A stretch of 57,505 nt of DNA from a bacterium (GTDB lineage Bacteria > Armatimonadota > Chthonomonadetes > Chthonomonadales > CAJBBX01). A model generated the notes under the pieces. That model did not search any database, was not told the origin of the DNA, and saw only the letters and a program-made list of their open reading frames with translations. Positions within the stretch are counted from its first letter, which is position 1. Every line of letters begins with the position of its first letter. Made by a program: the position numbers and the translations under genes. This document shows positions 36,445 through 43,952 of this stretch, piece after piece. The stretch is from the NCBI GenBank assembly GCA_009885735.1, contig VFKD01000043.1, forward strand, positions 1 through 57,505, in the 5' to 3' direction.

Positions 36445-36844
36445 CGAGCTGCTCAGCGGCATTCGCGACCATGCCCGCGCTGACTATCCATATGAGTGCT
36501 GCGGCGCGATGCTGGGAACCGAAGTTGGTGGTCTGAAAGAAATCACTGAGCTGCGCCCAGTGGAGAATGTCCATGAGGACGGACATGAGCGCAGATTCCT
36601 GATTTCGGCTCGCGATATGTTTCTGATCGAACGCGAGGCTCGAGCAAAGAGCCTCAACGTGCTTGGATTCTACCATTCGCACCCGGACCATCCCGCACGG
36701 CCTAGCGAGTATGACCGCGAACATGCCTGGCCGTACTATAGCTACGTGATTGTCTCGGTGATGAAGGGCGAGCCTGCCGACATGACGAGCTGGACCCTCG
36801 CCGAGGGCGGCCTCGCCTTCGACGCGGAGGAGATTCAGTCCTGA
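36428..36844 (+). CDS. mec: JAMM/MPN+ metalloprotease (Mec-like)
   Basis: ECCG and HSHPDHPARPSEYD (JAMM H-x-H-x7-S-x2-D). The GTG at 36428 follows GGAGGAGGAG and overlaps the cysM stop by 17 nt. Confidence 0.85.
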   Translation: MIRLSDELLSGIRDHARADYPYECCGAMLGTEVGGLKEITELRPVENVHEDGHERRFLISARDMFLIEREARAKSLNVLGFYHSHPDHPARPSEYDREHAWPYYSYVIVSVMKGEPADMTSWTLAEGGLAFDAEEIQS

Positions 36845-36849
36845 TCTCC

Positions 36850-36869
36850 GGGTGGGGCTTGCCCCACCC
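36850..36869 (+). terminator. Short GC hairpin between mec and the carrier-E1 gene
   Basis: gggtgggg cttg ccccaccc forms an 8-bp perfect stem. There is no U-tract, so it may be a processing or stability element rather than a terminator. Confidence 0.3.
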
Positions 36870-36965
36870 TGCCGGTGCCTACTCACAGGTAAACTGAACA
36901 CGACAGATCCAGAATGGACGCTGTCCATCTGCCGCCAGAGTCCGTAGGACGAGGAGAGAGCCCAA

Positions 36966-38420
36966 ATGCCGGTAAAACTGCTGATTCCCACTGCTTTACT
37001 GCGCTACGCAGACGGCGTAGATGAGATAGAAGTTCAGGCCGCCACGGTCAAAGAGGCCCTTGAGCAGCTCGCCGACGGCCACCCGGAGATAAAGCGGCAC
37101 CTGTTCGGAGCGGATGGCGAGTTGCGCCACTACGTGAACGTCTATGTGGGCACGGAAGACATGCGCCACCTGGACGGCATAGCCACCGTGCTCGCCGAAG
37201 GCGCCGAGGTAACCATCGTGCCCAGCATTGCCGGCGGTGTTGGGGTGCTCCGCGACGACTTTGAGTCGGTCACCCTCAGCAAAGAGGAAATGCTTCGATA
37301 CAGCCGCCATCTCATCATGCCCGAGGTGGCAGTCGCCGGACAGAAGAAGCTGAAGGCCGCGAGGGTGCTTTGCATCGGAGCTGGAGGGCTGGGATCGCCT
37401 CTGACGATGTATCTCGCAGCGGCTGGAGTGGGCACTATCGGCATCGTCGACTTCGATGTGGTGGACTACACGAACTTGCAGCGCCAAATTATCCACGGCA
37501 CCGAGGATGTGGGCCGCCTGAAGCTGCACTCTGCCATAGACTCGCTGAAGAGCATCAATCCGTTCGTCAACGTCATTGGATTCGAGGAGCGCTTCACCTC
37601 CGAGAATGCCCTGGACATCGTCAAGGACTTCGACATCGTCATAGACGGCACAGACAACTTCCCCACGCGCTACCTGGTGAACGACGCCTGCGTGCTGATG
37701 GGCAAGCCGAACGTCTATGGCTCGATTTTCCGGTTCGAGGGTCAGGCCAGCGTATTCTGGGCTGAAAAGGGCCCGTGCTACCGCTGTCTTTATCCCGAGC
37801 CGCCACCTCCCGGCATGGTGCCGTCGTGTGCAGAGGGAGGCGTCTTGGGCATCCTTCCCGGCGAGATCGGCATCATCCAGGCCACGGAAGCCATCAAGCT
37901 CATCCTGGGTATCGGCGACCCGCTGGTCGGCAGGCTGCTGCTCTTTAATGCGCTCAAGATGAGCTGGAGAGAGCTGAAGCTGCGCAAGGACCCAAGCTGC
38001 CCGCTCTGCGGCGATAACCCCACCATCACGGAGCTGATCGACTACGAGCAGTTCTGCGGCATTTTGCCGCCCTCCGTGGAAGCTCCCGGCCAAAGTTTGT
38101 CCAAGTGGGAGATGTCGGTCGTGGAGCTCAAGGCGAGCATGGACCGTGGCGAGAAGCCCTTCGTACTGGATGTTCGCGAACCCTACGAGCGTGAGATTGC
38201 TAATATCCCGGACACGATTCTCATCCCGATGAACGAAGTTCCGAACCGCCTCAATGAGATTCCCAGGGACCGCGAGGTGATACTGCAATGCAGGTCCGGC
38301 CAGCGCTCGATGGATATCCTCGAGTACCTGCGCACGCAAGGGTATACAGAGCTGAAGAACCTGAAGGGCGGTGTCTTGGCATGGTCGGACGAGATCGACC
38401 CTGAAGTTGCGCAGTATTAG
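36966..38420 (+). CDS. Fusion protein: ThiS/MoaD/CysO-like sulfur carrier + MoeZ/MoeB-type adenylyltransferase + rhodanese
   Basis: Residues 1-91 have a beta-grasp carrier pattern ending TIVPSIAGG (GG codons at 37233..37238). The frame continues without a stop into LRYSRHLIMPEVAVAGQKKLKAARVLCIGAGGLGSP, PPPGMVPSCAEGGVLG and a C-terminal rhodanese domain with CRSGQRS. Confidence 0.85.
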   Translation: MPVKLLIPTALLRYADGVDEIEVQAATVKEALEQLADGHPEIKRHLFGADGELRHYVNVYVGTEDMRHLDGIATVLAEGAEVTIVPSIAGGVGVLRDDFESVTLSKEEMLRYSRHLIMPEVAVAGQKKLKAARVLCIGAGGLGSPLTMYLAAAGVGTIGIVDFDVVDYTNLQRQIIHGTEDVGRLKLHSAIDSLKSINPFVNVIGFEERFTSENALDIVKDFDIVIDGTDNFPTRYLVNDACVLMGKPNVYGSIFRFEGQASVFWAEKGPCYRCLYPEPPPPGMVPSCAEGGVLGILPGEIGIIQATEAIKLILGIGDPLVGRLLLFNALKMSWRELKLRKDPSCPLCGDNPTITELIDYEQFCGILPPSVEAPGQSLSKWEMSVVELKASMDRGEKPFVLDVREPYEREIANIPDTILIPMNEVPNRLNEIPRDREVILQCRSGQRSMDILEYLRTQGYTELKNLKGGVLAWSDEIDPEVAQY

Positions 38421-38461
38421 CCTTCGGGAACTTTCAAACCACGTAAGCCGATAATGAAACC

Positions 38462-38914
38462 ATGAGATCACATCGGTCTTTTGCCGCTAGGTGGTTCGCC
38501 CTGCTCGTCGCAATCGCGACTTGCAGTTCGACCGCGGCTACGACCGTCCGATGGCAGTGTACTGACGGCACGCCGTGCCCGGCAGACTGCCGAATGGCGC
38601 ATGGCGTAGTTCCCAAGGACAACGTGAAGGCTCCGGCCTGTCCTCGCTGCAAGCTCGACTCTGCCGTTCAACCGACGCGCGGGAGCGGCGTGGGCTGCAC
38701 ATCGCCGGTATGTGTTCCCCGCGTTACGGCTCCAACTCAGTCTCGCACAGCCGACGTTTACGCTCCCTCTATCGACCACTCGGCGTGCTTGTCGGAACTG
38801 CCGCCTCTTCCGACTCCATTGGGTTCAGAAGAGCACACTTGTGCCGACATCCCCTTTGTCCCTCCGCAGCCCCCTGGAGCCACTGGCGCACGCGCGCCTC
38901 CCTCGCTCTCCTAG
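38462..38914 (+). CDS. Cys-rich secreted hypothetical protein
   Basis: Signal-like MRSHRSFAARWFALLVAIATCSS. Contains CTDGTPCPADC and CPRC motifs and a Pro-rich tail. GATAAT (38450..38455) lies 6 nt upstream of the ATG, suggesting a leaderless mRNA. Confidence 0.45.
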   Translation: MRSHRSFAARWFALLVAIATCSSTAATTVRWQCTDGTPCPADCRMAHGVVPKDNVKAPACPRCKLDSAVQPTRGSGVGCTSPVCVPRVTAPTQSRTADVYAPSIDHSACLSELPPLPTPLGSEEHTCADIPFVPPQPPGATGARAPPSLS

Positions 38915-38988
38915 ATCCGTCCGATTGCACCTCTGATGGTTTGGCACGCCTGCGCCAAGCCCGCATGCACTCACATCTAGGAGATTCC

Positions 38989-39918
38989 ATGACTCATCAG
39001 ATCAACGCGTGGCAGACTGCCGTGGCCCTCTGGCTTGCCGCATTTGGTCCAGCGGCAGCACTCGCCCACGAACCGCTCTGGGGCGAATCGCCCCAAACGT
39101 TCGCCTTCGGGGTGTTTCATCCCGAGATTCGCTTTGGCTACGACAATGCATCGGTGCTGCTCGGCGGCAGCCGCAGACTCCATAACCCGGACAGTCTGCG
39201 ACGGTCGCGCCTGGACAGCCTCGTCTCGCTCGCCTATGCGCCCGAAACCTGGCTGAACGTCAAGCTGGAAGTACCCTTCGCGCAGGTCGCAAGCCAACAG
39301 CGCATTGCCGGTTCGCTGCGAAGTTCAACCGTTTCCGGAACAGGCGACCTGGTGCTAAGCGCCAAAACGCGGTTCGAACAGCGCTTCGGACCAGACTGGA
39401 AGTTCCACCAGAGCGCAACGGTCGGCCTGCAGCTTCCCACGGGTGAGCGAGGAGGGCGCATGCCGGACGGATCGCTGCTGGCGCCGTCCGACCAGCCGGG
39501 TTCGGGGCGGTTCGGATTGAGCCTCGGCTATGCGGTTGCCTATGAGCGGCTTGCAGACACCACCTGGGCATCGGTCATGTTCCGCACGGATGCTCCGTCG
39601 GGGAAATACCGCCGAGGCGACAGCCTGATGGCGGACGCGGCATACGGCTACTGGGTTCGGCGGGCACTCAGGCCACAGGACGAAGGATTGCTTCTCGCGC
39701 TGGGGCCTCACCTGGAGATGTCCGGCAAGGATAGAGCTGCCGGCGCCTCGGACCCAAACAGCGGATACACATCCATCGGCCTGCAGGCGACGTTCATCCG
39801 AACCCAAGGGCAGACCCAGACCCGGATCGGCATTCTCGTGCCTCTTCACCAGCATGTGGCCGGTACTCAACTTCGAAGCGACCTGCAGATACGCGCAGGA
39901 TGGGAGATGCTGCTATGA
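38989..39918 (+). CDS. Outer-membrane beta-barrel protein (MetA-pathway/transporter-like family)
   Basis: The start MTHQINAWQTAVALWLAAFGPAAALA is a signal peptide, with AGGAG 5 nt upstream. Alternating beta-strand pattern throughout. The ORF-track start at 38575 adds an implausible Arg/Ser-rich extension. Confidence 0.6.
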   Translation: MTHQINAWQTAVALWLAAFGPAAALAHEPLWGESPQTFAFGVFHPEIRFGYDNASVLLGGSRRLHNPDSLRRSRLDSLVSLAYAPETWLNVKLEVPFAQVASQQRIAGSLRSSTVSGTGDLVLSAKTRFEQRFGPDWKFHQSATVGLQLPTGERGGRMPDGSLLAPSDQPGSGRFGLSLGYAVAYERLADTTWASVMFRTDAPSGKYRRGDSLMADAAYGYWVRRALRPQDEGLLLALGPHLEMSGKDRAAGASDPNSGYTSIGLQATFIRTQGQTQTRIGILVPLHQHVAGTQLRSDLQIRAGWEMLL

Positions 39919-40505
39919 ACCGATTCCTCTTCGCATTCATGCTCACCTGCGCCCTGCTGGTTCTGCCCATCATTGGCAGGACCCAGCTAAGGCAAGCAGT
40001 GCTGGGAGTCAACGGAGCCACCTGCCCCACCTGAGCCTACAGCCTCGACAAGGGGCTGAAACGCCTGGAAGGCGTTGAGAAGACACAACTCATCACGGAC
40101 AAGCCGGTGCGCATTGTAATCAGCCTGAAGTCTGTAAGCTGGATCGACCCACCGAAGTTTGCAAAGCAGATCGCGGATGCGGGCTATGGCGCGCGCAAGG
40201 AGGAGGTACGGCTAACCGTTGTTGGCACGGTGGAGCGGGATGGTGATCGTTTGGTGCTGACCCTACCCGAGATGAAGCCTCCCATTCGGCTTCTGCTCTC
40301 GGCCACTGGCTTGAAGGACAAGGCTGCGGCGGCCACTGCAACCGAGGCAATCAAGCTGCTGGAACAGAATGTGGGTAAGCTGGTCGAGGTAGAAGGCATG
40401 TGGATCCCCGCGGACAAAGGCGCGGGTCCTCTGGCGCTGCAGCGCTTGGCGCCAGTGAAGTTCTCGGAGCACGCTAAGGACCCAGTTCCAAAAGCAGGAA
40501 CCTGA
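39915..40505 (+). CDS. Candidate selenoprotein: exported HMA-domain protein with a C-P-T-U motif (in-frame TGA at 40032..40034)
   Basis: The ATG at 39915 overlaps the upstream stop (ATGA). MNRFLFAFMLTCALLVLPIIG...AVLGVNGATCPT is followed by TGA and then AYSLDKGLKRLEGVEKTQLITDKPVRIVISLK, continuous with ORF 40107..40505 in the same frame. The GxxCxxC HMA pattern has the stop at the second Cys. Hairpins follow the TGA. Confidence 0.6.
40040..40076 (+). promoter_or_regulatory. Candidate bacterial SECIS hairpins for the UGA at 40032
   Basis: Hairpin A: cagcctc (40040..40046) / ggggctg (40052..40058), 7 bp including one G-U pair, loop GACAA. Hairpin B: aacgcc (40060..40065) / ggcgtt (40071..40076), 6 bp, loop UGGAA. 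Confidence 0.35.
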
Positions 40506-40579
40506 CTGTCGGCGTCGAAACCATACCTTGGTTCAGCTCATTCCCGAGAGAACCAGAACCGGAAGGAAGGAGAGATTCA

Positions 40580-40981
40580 ATGAAAGGGCTCTGCGCGCTG
40601 CTCGCAGCAGGCCTCCTGATCTCAAGCGTTTCGCTTGCCCAGGAGCCAAAGGCCAAGACGTTCACCGTTATTATGGATGGTGCCCTCTGAGGCGGATGCG
40701 CTGGCCAGTTGGCTAGCTCGCTCTCAGCAGTCGATGGAGTGAAAGTCGTCACTGCTCCGAAGAAGGGCACCGGCGATGCCGGAACGACATTTGCGGTGAT
40801 TGAGTTGACAGGAAAGACGAAGATCAGTCAAGTGATCGCGGCGGTGGAATCGGCCAAAACCCCACATGCCTCCAAGGTCGCTCCCGATGTGACGGGGCTC
40901 GCGCCATTCAAACTCAAGGCGACCACAACCGTCGACGAGATCCGCAAAGCGCTGGTAAAGGCAGGACTGCTAGAAGAGTAG
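40580..40981 (+). CDS. Candidate selenoprotein: exported HMA-like protein with a U-G-G-C motif (in-frame TGA at 40688..40690)
   Basis: AAGGAGAG lies 6 nt upstream of the ATG at 40580. The signal peptide MKGLCALLAAGLLISSVSLA is followed by QEPKAKTFTVIMDGAL, then TGA, then GGCAGQLASSLSAVDGVKVV, continuous with ORF 40709..40981 in the same frame. The stop sits at the first Cys of the CxxC motif. Confidence 0.6.
40700..40717 (+). promoter_or_regulatory. Candidate bacterial SECIS hairpin for the UGA at 40688
   Basis: gctggcc (40700..40706) / ggctagc (40711..40717) forms 7 bp including one G-U pair. The loop is AGUU, and its G lies 20 nt from the U of the UGA. Confidence 0.35.
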
Positions 40982-40997
40982 CGCACCCACTCGCAGG

Positions 40998-41051
40998 GGT
41001 GTCCCGGTTGCTCCAAGCCCACGGGCTTGTTTCCAAAGCAATCGGGACGCC
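40998..41051 (+). terminator. Nested stem-loop downstream of the second HMA gene
   Basis: The outer 14-bp stem is ggtgtcccggttgc / gcaatcgggacgcc (two G-U pairs). It encloses an inner hairpin, caagccc ac gggcttg (41014..41029), followed by TTT. Confidence 0.4.
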
Positions 41052-41094
41052 CTGCTGCACTCGCTGGGTCTAGTGAAAGGGACTTACCTGCCAA

Positions 41095-41319
41095 ATGTGC
41101 CGAAGCATCAAGAAGCTGCGCCGCGCCGAGAGCGAACCTTCGCCCGAAGAGATCCGGGCGGCCGCGCTGCAATTCGTCCGCAAGATTAGCGGATACAACG
41201 CCCCATCCAGAGCCAACGCAGAGGCGTTCGAACGCGCCGTTGCCGACATTTCGAGATCGTCCGAGCAGTTGCTAGTTTCGCTGAACGCCAGCGGTGGTGC
41301 GCCAGTCCAGGCAGGCTAA
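41095..41319 (+). CDS. DUF2277-family small protein
   Basis: MCRSIKKLRR...EEIRAAALQFVRKISGYNAPSRANAEAFERAV matches the DUF2277 pattern. 74 aa. Confidence 0.75.
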   Translation: MCRSIKKLRRAESEPSPEEIRAAALQFVRKISGYNAPSRANAEAFERAVADISRSSEQLLVSLNASGGAPVQAG

Positions 41320-41325
41320 GACTAG

Positions 41326-42237
41326 CTAGAAGTGGTCCGCAGGGCTGAGCGCGAGCTCGGCCTGCCGGAGTGCTGCTCCATGCTCCTCTCGAAGCACTAT
41401 TGCGAGCACGGTCACTGGCGCCTCCTGCACGTGGTCGCAAGGGATGCCCATCGATTCTAGGGAATCTATGCGGCCAGGTGCTTCTGGAACCTCCAGAACT
41501 TCCGCTCCTGTGGCCTCGGCTGCTGCACGAAGTAGATCACAGAGGGCGCGCGGGCTCTGTGCCTCCGCCTCCAGCACTCTGCAGAGAGGCGCAGCCTCAT
41601 CATGCTGCAGGAAAGCATATCCGCTCACCGTGGCATCACGGCACACCAACACTGTCTGGACAAATCTGCGCACGTAGTCCCACCGCATGCGGTCGCGAAT
41701 GAGCGCGCCGTGGTGCAGCCCAAGAGTTCGTGAGTGTATCTCCTCTATCCGGGGCCAGTCCTTCTCCGTTGCCCGACGCACGCGCGGCCTTGCTGGCTTG
41801 TGTCCAAGGGCGTCAGCTTGTACCCAGAACCTCGTGTCGCAGCCAACAACCGTCCAACCCAACCGTTTGTAGAGCGAGGGAGACGAGGTGACCAGTATCG
41901 CGGCCGCATAGGGTCCGTCCTGGAGCGACTCCATCGTCTGCTTCAGCAAGTGCGACGCCAGACCCTGACCCTGCAGTTCCGGACTGGTGGCAACTCCCGC
42001 GACACCAACAATTGGAAGCGCATCGGCGCCTATCCTCATGCGCGCAGGCACGAGCGTGAGGCAGGAGACTATCCGCCCCTCTGCCAGCAGCACTCGCTTG
42101 TGGGTGATGTCGAAACAGGGGTCGGTGTAAAAGACTGTCTTCGCCGCATCAAAGGGGAGGTCGAACGCATCGCACATAACCTGAAGCATCTGGTCTAGCT
42201 CGTACTCGAGCGGAACGCGAACCTCTAAGCGTGGCAT
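41326..42237 (-). CDS. GNAT acetyltransferase (Eis-like, two-lobed)
   Basis: VGVAGVATSPELQGQGLASHLLK acetyl-CoA motif. 303 aa with a second GNAT-like lobe. Confidence 0.78.
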   Translation of the reverse strand: MPRLEVRVPLEYELDQMLQVMCDAFDLPFDAAKTVFYTDPCFDITHKRVLLAEGRIVSCLTLVPARMRIGADALPIVGVAGVATSPELQGQGLASHLLKQTMESLQDGPYAAAILVTSSPSLYKRLGWTVVGCDTRFWVQADALGHKPARPRVRRATEKDWPRIEEIHSRTLGLHHGALIRDRMRWDYVRRFVQTVLVCRDATVSGYAFLQHDEAAPLCRVLEAEAQSPRALCDLLRAAAEATGAEVLEVPEAPGRIDSLESMGIPCDHVQEAPVTVLAIVLREEHGAALRQAELALSPADHF

Positions 42238-42342
42238 GTCCGCATCGCATTCCGACGCATACTTAGCGGCGCCAACAATAGGAGGCTAGACATGAATTGC
42301 TTATGCAAAGGCCACTTCTGTTCGGTCAAACGCTTGATGGTG

Positions 42343-42442
42343 CATTCTTCGACTGCGCCTTGATACGGTCCTTCGACTCTGCCACGGTGAGGCTGTGGCA
42401 GGCTCAGGATGAGCGGGTGCGCGCTCAGGACGAGCGGATTCT
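42343..42442. repeat. GC-rich intergenic repeat copy
   Basis: ttcgactgcgccttgatacggtccttcgac...gctcaggatgagcgggtgcgcgctcaggacgagcggatt matches motifs at 15400..15500. Confidence 0.6.
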
Positions 42443-42463
42443 ACAATCTGAACGGTATTGGGG

Positions 42464-42991
42464 CTAGGGCAGTTCGTCCACAATGATCTTGTCGTTCGTG
42501 TAGACGCAGGTCTCGGAGGCGATGCGCATCGCCTCTTCCACGATGCGTCTCGGGGGGAGATCGGTATTTGCCACCAGCGCACGGGCGGCAGCCTGCGCGT
42601 AGGGTCCTCCGGATCCTATCGCGGCGACTCCGTCGTCCGGCTCGATCACGTTGCCATCGCCGGAGAGCAGGTAGAGCTTCTCGGAATCCGCCACAATCAT
42701 TAAGGCCTCCAGCCTTCGAAGCACGCGATCCGTGCGCCAGTCCCTCGCAAAGTCGATGGCAGCCCGCGTGAGGTTGCCACCGGCGGCCTCGAGCTTCGAT
42801 TCGAATCTATCCGCCAAAGCCTGTGCATCGGCCACGCTGCCGGCAAAGCCCGCCAGCACGCGGTTGTTGTACATCCTTCGTATCTTGCGAGCCGTGTGCT
42901 TGACGATGATGTCGTTCATCGTCACCTGGCCGTCTCCAGCTATGGCAACGCAGTCGCCGCGCCGAACCGCCACAATCGTTGTAGATCTCAC
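42464..42991 (-). CDS. hslV: ATP-dependent protease subunit HslV
   Basis: The protein aligns along its whole length with E. coli HslV as I recall it. Matching segments are [50 protein letters not shown] and [18 protein letters not shown] start, with MRS preceding the catalytic Thr. Confidence 0.93.
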   Translation of the reverse strand: MRSTTIVAVRRGDCVAIAGDGQVTMNDIIVKHTARKIRRMYNNRVLAGFAGSVADAQALADRFESKLEAAGGNLTRAAIDFARDWRTDRVLRRLEALMIVADSEKLYLLSGDGNVIEPDDGVAAIGSGGPYAQAAARALVANTDLPPRRIVEEAMRIASETCVYTNDKIIVDELP

Positions 42992-43099
42992 TACGTTTGG
43001 GTCTCCCTCTTAACGCCGCAAAGGACCTCGCCCTGTTCCACTTTGAGTGGGCGAAGTCCTCTGAATAGGTCGGTATTCGGCTGATGCCAAGCTCTGGGC

Positions 43100-43315
43100 C
43101 TATTGCATCCAGCAGCGCCTCGCGACATAGAGATCGAGCAGAACGCTCTCGCAGTCTTGCTCAGCCATCCTCGCGACCAGCTTGGGGTGGCCTATGAGGT
43201 CCTGAATTCGGGGATGCCGAGGCAGGGTCCATTCCGGAACCTCCATCTCATCCCTATTGTACGCTGCCTCAACGTCGAGGTGGAACCGCTGCGCTGCACC
43301 GTCGTTCTGACGCAT
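43100..43315 (-). CDS. Small hypothetical protein
   Basis: GGGGAGGTG Shine-Dalgarno sequence just upstream of the ATG at 43315. 71 aa. No family recognised. Confidence 0.4.
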   Translation of the reverse strand: MRQNDGAAQRFHLDVEAAYNRDEMEVPEWTLPRHPRIQDLIGHPKLVARMAEQDCESVLLDLYVARRCWMQ

Positions 43316-43699
43316 CACGACACCTCCCCGTATGAATTTGGTGGAGCCCCGTTGAAACCTTGTGAGACTAGGACGATCTGCGTGGCCGGCGTGTTCCAGA
43401 GTAGATTATCGGCGGCCAGCTCTGCCATCTTGCCGGTAAAGATGCCCGAAACTCGTGCCACGGGCCGGAAGCCTCTGGGCTAACTTCCCCTATCTCTACG
43501 CTTGGATGCGGGCGAGAATTCCCGGATGTTCAACTGTTCGCGCCTGCCACGCGCGCATGGCGGTATCCGGTAGTCGTGCGGACGCAGGGCACATTCGACG
43601 CAACCCAATCGTCAGCCACGGGCGGGGCAAGCCCCGCAGCCCTACGCACGCCCTCTCGGCAGCCGGATGGTCGACCCGTGTGGTCGCCCTTCCTTCACC

Positions 43700-43952
43700 G
43701 GTTGGGCGGTTCCGGGGCGGGCGGGACGCCCGCGCTCCGCGCCTATGGAGTCGTACCGACCCGTTGCCGTTTGCCGTTGCCGGCCGAAGGTCATCCAGCC
43801 TGGGCGTTTACGGCCCAGGATTATCGGAAGAGTGAACGCGCAGCTCTTGTAACGCTTCCGTGGCGGGCGGGACGCCCGCGCTCCGCACCTGTGCAATCGT
43901 CCCGACCTGTTGCCTTCTGCCGGTTCCGGCCGAAGGTCATGCAGCCTGGACG
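43700..43952 (+). repeat. Two direct copies of a ~120-bp GC-rich element (left flank of the PIN/HTH cassette)
   Basis: Copies at about 43700..43820 and 43857..43952. Core sequence: gcgggcgggacgcccgcgctccg..gtcgtaccgacc.gttgcc.tttgccgttgccggccgaaggtcatccagcctgggcgtttacggcccagga. Contains a gcgggcg-gga-cgcccgc hairpin. Confidence 0.8.

Noticed and set aside
38575-38988. Long N-terminal extension of the outer-membrane barrel gene (ORF-track start 38575, 447 aa).
   Set aside because: The extension overlaps the Cys-rich ORF 38462..38914 in another frame and is Arg/Ser-rich. The internal ATG at 38989 has an AGGAG site and is followed by a textbook signal peptide.
40032-40690. Alternative explanations for the two in-frame TGAs: genome-wide UGA reassignment, or two ordinary pseudogenes.
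   Set aside because: Reassignment is rejected because TGA terminates many well-supported genes in this window. Pseudogenisation cannot be excluded without the Sec machinery check, so the calls are given moderate confidence. It seems less likely because both stops fall on the CxxC ligand positions, the frames are otherwise intact, and both are followed by hairpins.
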